Shown here: positions 32,770 to 41,437 of the stretch, piece by piece | How the letters are laid out: each line of letters begins with the position of its first letter | Position numbering within the stretch: the stretch's first letter is position 1 | Source: Chrysiogenes arsenatis DSM 11915 | Lineage (GTDB): Bacteria > Chrysiogenota > Chrysiogenetes > Chrysiogenales > Chrysiogenaceae | DNA: 64,000 nt | Assembly: GCF_000469585.1 (NCBI RefSeq) | Contig: NZ_AWNK01000004.1 | Location: 40,311-104,310, forward strand | Direction: 5' to 3' | Translations under genes and position numbers: made by a program | Notes under the pieces: model-generated | Seen by the model: the letters and a program-made list of their open reading frames with translations, nothing else | Told to the model about the DNA's origin: nothing | Database searches by the model: none

Positions 32770-33540
32770 ATGCCACAACCGGTAGCCCTTATTACAGGAG
32801 CCGCCCAAACTATTGGGCGCAGTATTGTAGAGAAGCTGCGTCAACACCACTGGCGAGTGGCCGCACTTGACTGTGATGAGGACGCTATTGCGGACGCACA
32901 AAACACATGGGCTGCTGGTGATAATGAGATTCTGTGGCTCACCGCTGACGTGGCGAGTGAAACTGATGTGGCAAATTGCATTCAGCGCATAGTCAGCCAG
33001 TGGGAGCGGCTGGACGCCGTCGTGAACAATGCTGCCATAACGAACCCCGTTAGCGAACGGCCAGAAGACCTTCAGTTTGATTTCTGGCAACGGGTAATAG
33101 CGGTCAACCTGAGCGGATCATTTTTGGTATGCAAATACGCCATTCCCTTCTTAAAAAAATACAACGGCGCCATTATCAACATCGCCTCTACCCGCGCCTT
33201 ACAATCAGAACCCAACTGCGAAGCCTACGCCGCAAGTAAAGGAGGCCTACTCAGCCTGACCCATGCCCTTGCCGCATCGCTTGCCGGAAACGTACGCGTC
33301 AATGCCATTAGCCCCGGATGGATCGACACTGGGCCATGGAAATCTACCACCAAACGTCAGTCATTGCTGAGCAATCCTGCCGACCACGCATGGCATTGGA
33401 CTGGACGTATCGGATTACCCGAAGATGTCGCATCGATGGTGCATTATCTCTTTTCGCCAGCAGCAGGATTTATCACAGGGCAGAACTTTATTATTGATGG
33501 GGGAGTAACGCGCAAAATGGTTTACCCACCAGAAACATGA
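32770..33540 (+). CDS. Short-chain dehydrogenase/reductase (SDR)
   Basis: Rossmann TGAAQTIG, NNAG, catalytic S..YxxxK (..YAASKGG..). I place the start at the ATG at 32770 with an AAGGAG RBS 10 nt upstream; the ORF-track start at 32719 is less likely. Confidence 0.85.
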   Translation: MPQPVALITGAAQTIGRSIVEKLRQHHWRVAALDCDEDAIADAQNTWAAGDNEILWLTADVASETDVANCIQRIVSQWERLDAVVNNAAITNPVSERPEDLQFDFWQRVIAVNLSGSFLVCKYAIPFLKKYNGAIINIASTRALQSEPNCEAYAASKGGLLSLTHALAASLAGNVRVNAISPGWIDTGPWKSTTKRQSLLSNPADHAWHWTGRIGLPEDVASMVHYLFSPAAGFITGQNFIIDGGVTRKMVYPPET

Positions 33541-33696
33541 TTCACGCTGAGTTTGCATAGAGACAGTCACAATTGTGTTTAAAATAACGATATGAGACGG
33601 AGAGAGTGCTGGCAGAAATTTTGGACAATAAAACAGGCAGCGCCATAATAAACACTGCCCGTAGATAACCTAAATCGACTTTTTGCACACACCTCA

Positions 33697-34551
33697 TTAT
33701 TCCCGCAGGGATATTTCTTTGTCCCACTCCCAGTAAAACGTGAGGTAAGGTTCGTTTGGGCGCCTCCACCCGAGTGAGATATGGCCAAGCATGGCATCGG
33801 GAAATCTTGAGAGGATCTGGATCACCGATGCGCGGCGAGAAATACTCAAGATCTCAAAGCATTGATCCTGCACGCACGGTAAGATATCCCTAATGGCTAC
33901 GTTTAAATCATACACTCGCAAATCCACCCCTTGGCTCTGTGGCGGAGTGTTGACGTACAGAATGTCCAGTTTTTTTTCGCCATCCACAGTTGCGACACCA
34001 ATCCGATCAAGTAGGCTACCGAAGATCGGTTCAGTAACAACCTCAGGAAGCAGTAAGGGAATCGTGGCTATGGTAGCACCGGGAACCATGTGGTAAGAAG
34101 TCACGCGCTCAAGTTTCCCACTTCGAGCCCGCCATTTGTAGCCACGACACCACAATGCCGATGGTTGCCAATAAAGTTGTTCTCCAACTTGCGTGGACAA
34201 ATGAACGGGAAATTCAAGATAGAGCTTGATGACCTCTGGCGTCGCTGACGACACGTTTTCCGGAGAGACTACCGCCGATTCAATTGCCAGATAACAAAAA
34301 TTTGCACGATCCCAATCGGCAAGAATTGATTCAGATACTATGTTCGGAACACCGCCAATCTCCTGAAAATGGGAAAACAATTCCATAGGGTCGAGATTCT
34401 GTTTATCAAACCCAAAAAGCAATCTACTGCCATCAAAGCCATTTGGTGTAATTTGCAGCGAACGTTCCCACCCTACCACTCTTGAACCCAACCAATGAGC
34501 GATTTGATAATAAACATCAAGAGTCAGAAGCTTATTGGAGTGGTTACTCAT
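33697..34551 (-). CDS. Hypothetical protein, last gene of the export operon (no recognisable domain)
   Basis: 284-aa ORF overlapping the SecA-like gene by 8 nt. No TM helix or signal peptide is obvious and no motifs are recognised. Confidence 0.5.
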   Translation of the reverse strand: MSNHSNKLLTLDVYYQIAHWLGSRVVGWERSLQITPNGFDGSRLLFGFDKQNLDPMELFSHFQEIGGVPNIVSESILADWDRANFCYLAIESAVVSPENVSSATPEVIKLYLEFPVHLSTQVGEQLYWQPSALWCRGYKWRARSGKLERVTSYHMVPGATIATIPLLLPEVVTEPIFGSLLDRIGVATVDGEKKLDILYVNTPPQSQGVDLRVYDLNVAIRDILPCVQDQCFEILSISRRASVIQILSRFPDAMLGHISLGWRRPNEPYLTFYWEWDKEISLRE

Positions 34552-36502
34552 AACTGGTAAATGTCATCCTTTTTTGACTTTCGCGTGTTGCCGTGTTCAT
34601 AAATCGACGTAAGCGAAAGGCTTTTAACTCAGCTCGGTGCTGTGTAAGTCGAATCATTGTTGTCCATAATTTATTATGGGGCCAGTGTTCTGCCAAAGAA
34701 CACAGAACGCGCAAAACGCATTTTGGCAACACGGCTCGCATAATCCCATCCTCAAGCGAAACCAGTGGGTACGCTTCGCCCGGATTTCCCTGCCGCCCAG
34801 CGCGACCGAAAAGTTGCCAGTCAATGCGAGCCGACTCATGCGGCTCCATCATGATGACGCGTAACCCTCCTGCTGCCATTACTTCCCTCGAAAGCTTAAT
34901 GTCCGTTCCCCTTCCCGCCATGTTCGTCGCTATCGTGAGTTGCCCTTTCTCGCCTGCACGGGCAACAATATCGGCCTCTTCGGTGAGCTTTTTGGCGTTC
35001 AAGAGCTGATATTTTACCCTCTCCCGATCAAGCCGACCGGCAAGTTGTTCGCTATCTTCAATGGTACGTGTTCCTACCAGCACAGGAATCTCCCGCACAA
35101 GCAATTCCCGCAAAAGATTCAATAAACCAAGCTCTTTTTCCTGTTTCGTTACAAACAGCTGAAAAGGCTGCACGATCAGTTGCGATGGAAGTCGTGAAGG
35201 AATTCGGAGTGTGCGTATCCGATAGTTAAAAAACAGCTCATGAGCAATATTCTGCAGTGTGCCACTCGCACCCGTCAGGCGCACATAATGTTTAAAATAA
35301 TTCTGAAAACTCATCCGCGCTAACGTTTTATTCGGGTGAGTGAGTGGTACACCAGCGCGAGCCTCTACTGCTTGATGCAGGCCGTAGCTCCACGATCTAC
35401 CCGGCATAGGACGGCCAGTGCCTTCATCAACAATCACCACCTCGTCGTCAAGCACTACATAATGCTGATCCTGAAGAAAGTAATCACGCGCTAGCACAGC
35501 CTGCGTAAATAAATCATGGCGTCTATGTCGGCCTCGCCAAATAGGGGGAAGCTCTTGAGCCATCTTTTCCATTAACTGTTCACCATGTGTCGTCCAACGC
35601 ACATCTCGGTGCAGCGAACTACACTGATAATCTCGGGGCGACTGTAATCTATCGACCAGCGTGCGTGCGACAAGAATAGCTTCGTGTAGTACTGGATTAT
35701 GATCTGCTCCAGAAATAATCATCGGAGTAATGGCTTCATCAATCAAAATATTATCGGCTTCATCGACAATTGCGGTATGAATGCCGCGCATCAGTAATCG
35801 ATGTGCGGTTTGCCCTTGAAGCATACGCACACTCATGGTCAGAGGCGTCACGGAGCCGCCGAAAGTGATTTGATCGGTCAGATAGTCGGCTAAGAGCTGC
35901 TTGGCCGTTGAATACACAACATCGGCAAGATACTGCGTTGGCTTCTCTTCCTGAGTATGGGTTTGCAGCACCGTAGCAACGGAAACACTGCAAAATTCGT
36001 AGAGCGGTGCCAACTCAGTAGCGTCACGCTCGGCTAAGTAGTCATTGGCAGTAATGACGTGACAAGGTCGGTTGCTCCACCCGAAAAGAATAGCGAGTAA
36101 GCCAATCGTAAGAGTTTTCCCCTCCCCTGGTGCTAGCTGTACCAAATATCCATCAAACATGGCGAGAATGGCTGCCATTTGCACTTGATATGGTTCCATG
36201 CCCAGCAGTCGCACCGATGCAAGTTGAAGGAGAGCAAGTGTTTTATGCAATAACAACCGTTCTGCAGAGAGTTGACCGGCAAGCGCGTGCAAGCGCATTG
36301 CATTCAGCTGATGGATCAATGCTTCTGGAGTCAAATCAGCGAGAGCGCGATAGTGCCGACCAATACCATCTGCTTCTTGCAGATAGTCACTCACTAGTTT
36401 TTTTTCTCGCCAGCGATGCCGCACCAGATGCCATTTTACGATGCACCAATACGGCTCTTTCGGGAGTTTTTTTAACGATGGAAGTTGCAACGATGCGAGC
36501 AT
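34544..36502 (-). CDS. Truncated SecA-family ATPase (SecA DEAD motor, ~650 aa, lacks the C-terminal scaffold/wing/tail)
   Basis: Co-linear SecA motor motifs: ..LAPGEGKTLT.. (Walker A), ..HVITANDYLAERDA.., ..VDEADNILIDEAITPMIISG.., ..LTGASGTL.., ..VLVGTRTIEDSEQLAGRL.., ..LLNAKKLTEEADIVARAGEKGQLTIATNMAGRGTDIKL... The protein ends ~80 aa after the last motif. Confidence 0.8.
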   Translation of the reverse strand: MLASLQLPSLKKLPKEPYWCIVKWHLVRHRWREKKLVSDYLQEADGIGRHYRALADLTPEALIHQLNAMRLHALAGQLSAERLLLHKTLALLQLASVRLLGMEPYQVQMAAILAMFDGYLVQLAPGEGKTLTIGLLAILFGWSNRPCHVITANDYLAERDATELAPLYEFCSVSVATVLQTHTQEEKPTQYLADVVYSTAKQLLADYLTDQITFGGSVTPLTMSVRMLQGQTAHRLLMRGIHTAIVDEADNILIDEAITPMIISGADHNPVLHEAILVARTLVDRLQSPRDYQCSSLHRDVRWTTHGEQLMEKMAQELPPIWRGRHRRHDLFTQAVLARDYFLQDQHYVVLDDEVVIVDEGTGRPMPGRSWSYGLHQAVEARAGVPLTHPNKTLARMSFQNYFKHYVRLTGASGTLQNIAHELFFNYRIRTLRIPSRLPSQLIVQPFQLFVTKQEKELGLLNLLRELLVREIPVLVGTRTIEDSEQLAGRLDRERVKYQLLNAKKLTEEADIVARAGEKGQLTIATNMAGRGTDIKLSREVMAAGGLRVIMMEPHESARIDWQLFGRAGRQGNPGEAYPLVSLEDGIMRAVLPKCVLRVLCSLAEHWPHNKLWTTMIRLTQHRAELKAFRLRRFMNTATRESQKRMTFTSYE

Positions 36503-36504
36503 GC

Positions 36505-38652
36505 TTACTGGATCTGATAGCGTGATTGTAATAGCTGCCGCACTGCCAGAGCTATTTGCTCCAGAAGCGGTCTGGGCGACAATGCAATACGCATGACACC
36601 AGGAGCACCATCATAGAAAGCCGTTGGTGATTCTGAAAAACGCGCAATCACCTCAAAAAACGGCTCATCAGTTCGTAATCTCCCTTGAGCATCAGCTTGA
36701 GCAAAGAGCGTACCACCTCCTTGAAGTGCGAGTGCCGAAGAAGGGAGCTCGTGCTTCTGATACGGAATAAACTGCAGATCATGACTCTCCAGTGGCGAAG
36801 TAAACTGCCCAGGCAGACGGATTTCGGCACGTAGCAAGTTCGATCCGAAAAGATCTCCTGCCTGCTCTTGGGTAACAACACCGACAAACTGCTGCTTGCC
36901 CGGAGTAATCATTACCCCTAAACGCTCTCCACGCATAAAATGCGAATTGACCCGCGCCGGCATCACATCACTTACCCAGATCCCATCAGTCGGTGCCACC
37001 GTCTTGAGTCGATCAAGTCGTTTGTCAAGTTCATCCAGACGCCCCACCAGAAACGACTCGCGGTCATAGAGCGCTTTTAAATCACCCTGCTTACCATCCG
37101 TTGCTTTGCGGATAAGCCAACGAGTTTCCACCAATTGTTGCCCTGTCAGTTCATACTCCAGTTCTAATTCTGGATTGATAAACTCCATCAACACACTGCC
37201 TTGCTGCACGGTATCGCCAGAACGAACGACCAGCGCTGTCAAGGTTCCACCGGCTTCCGCATACAACGGCATCCGCTGCTCAGACAAAAGCACCCCCGGC
37301 GCAACAAGGGCATACGGCAGAGGAAATGTTGCCAATACCAGCAGAATGAGCAGCGGGGTAACGGCAGAAACAACGATGGCACGACGGCGATTCTGCCGTA
37401 ATTCGCTGCTTTTACGAAGATATTGCACGAGTTTCAACGTGGGGCCAATGAGCCACATGTAGCACATTGCGAGTAACATTAAAACACCGAGAAACAGTGA
37501 AAGGTCGGCCATATAAAGCAAAATCGCCACCATAACGAACAGGCGGTAACCAAAACTTGCGGCACCATACCCATAATACCAGTAACGTTCGTTACGGTTT
37601 TCCGCCGGCTCCTGCGCATCTTTGGTGCCAAGAAGTACTACGTTCGCAATATAATGCCACTGACGCCCCGCTTTCTGATAGAGATTCGGCAAATCAATCA
37701 GATCGGAGAGGACATAATAGGCATCAAATTTCAGCAACGGATTTCCATTAAAAACAAAACTCGAAATAGAACCAATAATCATGATGTTAAAAGCAAGACC
37801 ATTGACAAACCCGGGTGCTGTCAACCCCCAAACAATCGCCGCCAACGCCGCAAAAAACAACTCAACATACAGACCAGAGACTCCGACAAATGCGCGGTGC
37901 CACTTACTGCGCATTGACCATGACGAGCTCACATCAATGTAAGGAAGCGGAGCCAGCGCGATAAACATCACCCCAAGCGTATAGACATCACCACCAGAAC
38001 GGCGACATGCTATTGCATGCCCCATTTCATGAAGAAATTTCAAGAGAAACATGGCGACATAAAGCCACAAAAGGTTATCGACGGCTAAAATCCCTTGTGC
38101 CTGACTCGTAAACGATCCGAAATGGTCAATCACCGACTTCGCACCAAACAAAACCACAAGCAACCAACCAACAAAAGACCATCGCGAAAAAAAACGTTGC
38201 AGCCATCCGATATTGTTCTTCAGAAATTCATTCGGATTCCAAAGTGGAATTCTAAAATAGAGAAATGCCAGCAGGTGAGAAAGCTTTTCCTTGCGCCGCT
38301 GCTCCGCGTAGCGCTCGAAAATTGATTCGCTCTTGCCCTGTGAGCGGAAGAACAGAAGGCTCATCTGATGCAGTTGGGATAATAACATAATGACGGCATC
38401 TTGACTCGGTGCATCTTCGGGATACTCTTCCGTAAATGCTATCCAAAGCTCTTCAACCGTTCTTTCCGGAGTAAGGCGCGCAAGGAACAGATACGCCGGT
38501 TCCTGAACGCGGTAGTACTTCTCAGAACAACTATCTTGCAGCACATACCAGACCTGATCGCGATAGATCTGTTTATGAATGCGGATCGTCGGCAGTAAAC
38601 CAAGCCGCAGTGTCGCAACCTGATACCAAGATTCGCTGAATGTCGCAGACAA
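36505..38652 (-). CDS. Fusion of a site-2-protease-like M50 intramembrane metalloprotease and an HlyD-type periplasmic adaptor (MFP)
   Basis: ~170-aa cytoplasmic N-domain. Polytopic region with HExxH (..LHEMGHAIAC..) and a downstream NPLLKFD (third zinc ligand). A later TM helix and a ~300-aa C-terminal region with biotinyl/lipoyl-like and beta-barrel MFP character (..GTLTALVVRSGDTVQQGSVLMEF..). Confidence 0.75.
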   Translation of the reverse strand: MSATFSESWYQVATLRLGLLPTIRIHKQIYRDQVWYVLQDSCSEKYYRVQEPAYLFLARLTPERTVEELWIAFTEEYPEDAPSQDAVIMLLSQLHQMSLLFFRSQGKSESIFERYAEQRRKEKLSHLLAFLYFRIPLWNPNEFLKNNIGWLQRFFSRWSFVGWLLVVLFGAKSVIDHFGSFTSQAQGILAVDNLLWLYVAMFLLKFLHEMGHAIACRRSGGDVYTLGVMFIALAPLPYIDVSSSWSMRSKWHRAFVGVSGLYVELFFAALAAIVWGLTAPGFVNGLAFNIMIIGSISSFVFNGNPLLKFDAYYVLSDLIDLPNLYQKAGRQWHYIANVVLLGTKDAQEPAENRNERYWYYGYGAASFGYRLFVMVAILLYMADLSLFLGVLMLLAMCYMWLIGPTLKLVQYLRKSSELRQNRRRAIVVSAVTPLLILLVLATFPLPYALVAPGVLLSEQRMPLYAEAGGTLTALVVRSGDTVQQGSVLMEFINPELELEYELTGQQLVETRWLIRKATDGKQGDLKALYDRESFLVGRLDELDKRLDRLKTVAPTDGIWVSDVMPARVNSHFMRGERLGVMITPGKQQFVGVVTQEQAGDLFGSNLLRAEIRLPGQFTSPLESHDLQFIPYQKHELPSSALALQGGGTLFAQADAQGRLRTDEPFFEVIARFSESPTAFYDGAPGVMRIALSPRPLLEQIALAVRQLLQSRYQIQ

Positions 38653-38655
38653 TTC

Positions 38656-40536
38656 CTACCTCCAGAGCGCAAGACGGATACGATTCAGCGTCTTGTGTGT
38701 ATAGATCCAGAAGTACGACCGTGGTTGCACATGAATTTTTGCCACCCCAGTCATACCAGGGCGCCACCACGTTTCACCATCCTCTTCAAGTTGAGCAATC
38801 ACGGTAAACCGCGCCCCCTCCTGCGACTTCACCTCAGCCATTGGAATTACGCGACTGATTCGCAGGGGAATTTTCCGCCCTGGCTGGCTGACCAGCGCAA
38901 ATTCGCCAATACTCCCCTCGCGCACATGGTGAATGTCGTCATGCGCTACTTCAACTACCACATATACATCTTCGGTTTGTGCAATACGCAGCAGGGGTTG
39001 CCCTTTGGAAACAGGTGCTGAAATCAGCTCGCGCCGCTCCCCTTCGACCACTACCCCAGTAAAGGGAGCGTGCATATGTGCTTGCGAAAGCTGATAATTC
39101 ACCCGCTCCATACGGGCTTTCACCTGCTCAATCCGTGCCAAAGCAATCGCCAAGTCCACACTGGTAAACTCTGCCCGAGCCCGATCAGCTTCGGTTACGT
39201 TTCGCTGTAACTCCGCTTGGAGTTCGGCAAGTTGCATCAGCAAATCTTGCACATCAAGCGTCAGCAACGGATCACCTTCCACCACCTCGTCACCACTGGT
39301 GACATAGGCATCGATGATCACCCCCTCAAAAGGGGCCGTAATGAGCCGAGTATTGTCCGTAACAAACTGCCCAGTCCCTTCAACAGTATGCATGGTGGAG
39401 AATGTCAGCGAGCCAAACAACAGTAAAGATCCAGCCAGTACCAACGACTTAACCAGCAGATTTTCTGCCCCCGCAAGACGGCCAATTGTGCGCAGAGCAA
39501 CCGTCCGCAACCGATCGCGCCATTCGGCATCTTGCAAATACAATTGTTCCAGCCGCGGCATCACGGTTCGTGCCAGAAAGTGCACCGCCTCGCAAGGAAG
39601 TTCCGGCAAATCATCACGGTAGTTGACGAGTGTCAATGCGAACACGGTATGGCCGTGAGAGTTCACAAGCGGAAAAGTCATAATAGATCGTGCCGCAAGG
39701 TGGGTTTGTAGTTGTTGATGAGCAAGGGTAATTACCTTTCCATCCGAAGCACGGTGACTTGAATAATGAATGGCGGCAACCTGATCCACCGACTCCTCTA
39801 AAGCCGCTTCAAACAGTCTAACGGTATCGGTTTTTTGCTCAAAGCGCTCATAGTGGCTGATCCCCTTTACCCGTGTATACGCCCCCTCTTTCCAGCCCAG
39901 CACGACCTGATCAAAGGCGCTCTGGTAATTAACGATGCCATTGGCTAACGCATACACAGCCGCTTGAAAGTTTTCGGATTGATATATTTCGCTCAGCAAG
40001 TCGAGCAAGCTTGCGAGCATGTTTTCGTGCGCCGTTTTCCGCGCATCAACTGCTTTTGACTCTGTACCTAACAACGCTGACGTGTTCAAGACGGACTCAT
40101 CCTGCACAAAGTCGAGCATTAACTGGGCACGCACAAGAATGTCGTTCAAACGTGTTGCAGCATCACAATCAATCGCTAAAATCAAAAAATATGGGGTAGG
40201 ACACAACGCACGGAGCGCGACGAAGCCGATTGACCCATCGATATGGGGATGGGGTGGACGGTGGGCAAATCCACTGGCTTCGGCCCGCTGCAGAAAAAGG
40301 AAAAATTCCTGCGTGTCTAACAAAGGCTTTGACGGGCTTTTCTGTTCTAAATCGCTGGTAGCAACCAAAAGCAGTTGATGTTCCTGTACCAAAATGAGTT
40401 CCGCACTCGGCACACGGCATACGTTCTTGACGAGCACCAGATAATCTATCCACGATGCTTGACCTGCTTGAGACTGAGTGACCCGTACGTGGTATAATTC
40501 CTGTAATCGTTGGCGAAATGCTTCTTTAGAGGCCAT
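38656..40536 (-). CDS. HlyD-type periplasmic adaptor with a large (~370 aa) N-terminal cytoplasmic sensory-like domain (GAF-like; uncertain)
   Basis: Single TM helix (..LLVKSLVLAGSLLLFGSLTF..) followed by a coiled-coil and MFP lipoyl/beta-barrel segments (..APFEGVIIDAYVTSGDEVVEGDPLLTLD.., ..APFTGVVVEGE..). The N-terminal 370 aa are soluble and alpha/beta-like. Confidence 0.7.
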   Translation of the reverse strand: MASKEAFRQRLQELYHVRVTQSQAGQASWIDYLVLVKNVCRVPSAELILVQEHQLLLVATSDLEQKSPSKPLLDTQEFFLFLQRAEASGFAHRPPHPHIDGSIGFVALRALCPTPYFLILAIDCDAATRLNDILVRAQLMLDFVQDESVLNTSALLGTESKAVDARKTAHENMLASLLDLLSEIYQSENFQAAVYALANGIVNYQSAFDQVVLGWKEGAYTRVKGISHYERFEQKTDTVRLFEAALEESVDQVAAIHYSSHRASDGKVITLAHQQLQTHLAARSIMTFPLVNSHGHTVFALTLVNYRDDLPELPCEAVHFLARTVMPRLEQLYLQDAEWRDRLRTVALRTIGRLAGAENLLVKSLVLAGSLLLFGSLTFSTMHTVEGTGQFVTDNTRLITAPFEGVIIDAYVTSGDEVVEGDPLLTLDVQDLLMQLAELQAELQRNVTEADRARAEFTSVDLAIALARIEQVKARMERVNYQLSQAHMHAPFTGVVVEGERRELISAPVSKGQPLLRIAQTEDVYVVVEVAHDDIHHVREGSIGEFALVSQPGRKIPLRISRVIPMAEVKSQEGARFTVIAQLEEDGETWWRPGMTGVAKIHVQPRSYFWIYTHKTLNRIRLALWR

Positions 40537-40548
40537 AAAACCACACCA

Positions 40549-41433
40549 TCACAGCTGCACTCGCGCTTTTAATCCTGGCCGAAACCGATTATCCACGTTG
40601 CGATATTCAACCTTCACTTCGACTAATCCACTTGCCGGATCAGCTACTGGTGAGAGAAAAGAAATCGCCCCTTGTGCGCGCGTGGATTCCACTGCAAAAT
40701 CAACTTTTTGCCCTATCGTAAGCTTCGCTGCGATAGCACTCGGAATACTGATGCGGATGTAAATATACGAAGTATCAACCAGTTCGATGATCGGCTCACC
40801 CGCCTGAGCCCATTCCCCTTTTTTGAGGCGAATTTGGGTGATAAATCCTTTACTGGGCGCGAGTAGAGTCCGTTGGGCAAGGACTTGTCGGCCAATTTTA
40901 TAATCGTAGTCTTGTTTTTTTTCTTCTAACTCAAGCAGTGCAACTTCGCTCTCTGTTGTGACTCTATTGATGATCATTTGATTGAGCTCATCAAGACTGA
41001 TTGATCTACTTTCATGGTACAACTCAAGAGCGGATTTTACTTGCTCCACTTGCAGCAGTAACCGAGCGCGAGCCCCGTCCAATGCACTCTTGTCCCGCAT
41101 CAGCGTTTCAAGGCGCGACAGTTCAAGTTGCTCAATATGTTGCTCCAGCACCAAGAGCGGTGTTCCCTGATCGACGTAGGCTCCTTCTGCGATCTTGACT
41201 TCACTGACCACACCGCTAACCGCCATTGCGAGCAAGTAGCGCTCACGAGGGTACACCACACCTACCATCGCATCACTTATTGCAACCGTCTCATGTGGAC
41301 TCACCTCTGGACTAAATGAACGGAAATCGCCACGCGAACGAGTGCTTGGAGCCTCGCTCGCTATAGCGAATACATTCAAGGACAAAAACAGCAGGAAAAA
41401 AATACAGTTGGTCAATCGCATAGTGCCCTTCAA
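40549..41433 (-). CDS. HlyD/RND-type periplasmic adaptor subunit (membrane fusion protein), secreted or lipid-anchored
   Basis: N-terminal signal/anchor (..CIFFLLFLSLNVFAIA..), lipoyl motif (..ISDAMVGVVYPRERYLL.., ..APSKGFITQIRLKKGEWAQAGEPIIEL..), and an alpha-hairpin. Confidence 0.8.
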   Translation of the reverse strand: MKGTMRLTNCIFFLLFLSLNVFAIASEAPSTRSRGDFRSFSPEVSPHETVAISDAMVGVVYPRERYLLAMAVSGVVSEVKIAEGAYVDQGTPLLVLEQHIEQLELSRLETLMRDKSALDGARARLLLQVEQVKSALELYHESRSISLDELNQMIINRVTTESEVALLELEEKKQDYDYKIGRQVLAQRTLLAPSKGFITQIRLKKGEWAQAGEPIIELVDTSYIYIRISIPSAIAAKLTIGQKVDFAVESTRAQGAISFLSPVADPASGLVEVKVEYRNVDNRFRPGLKARVQL

Positions 41434-41437
41434 AATT

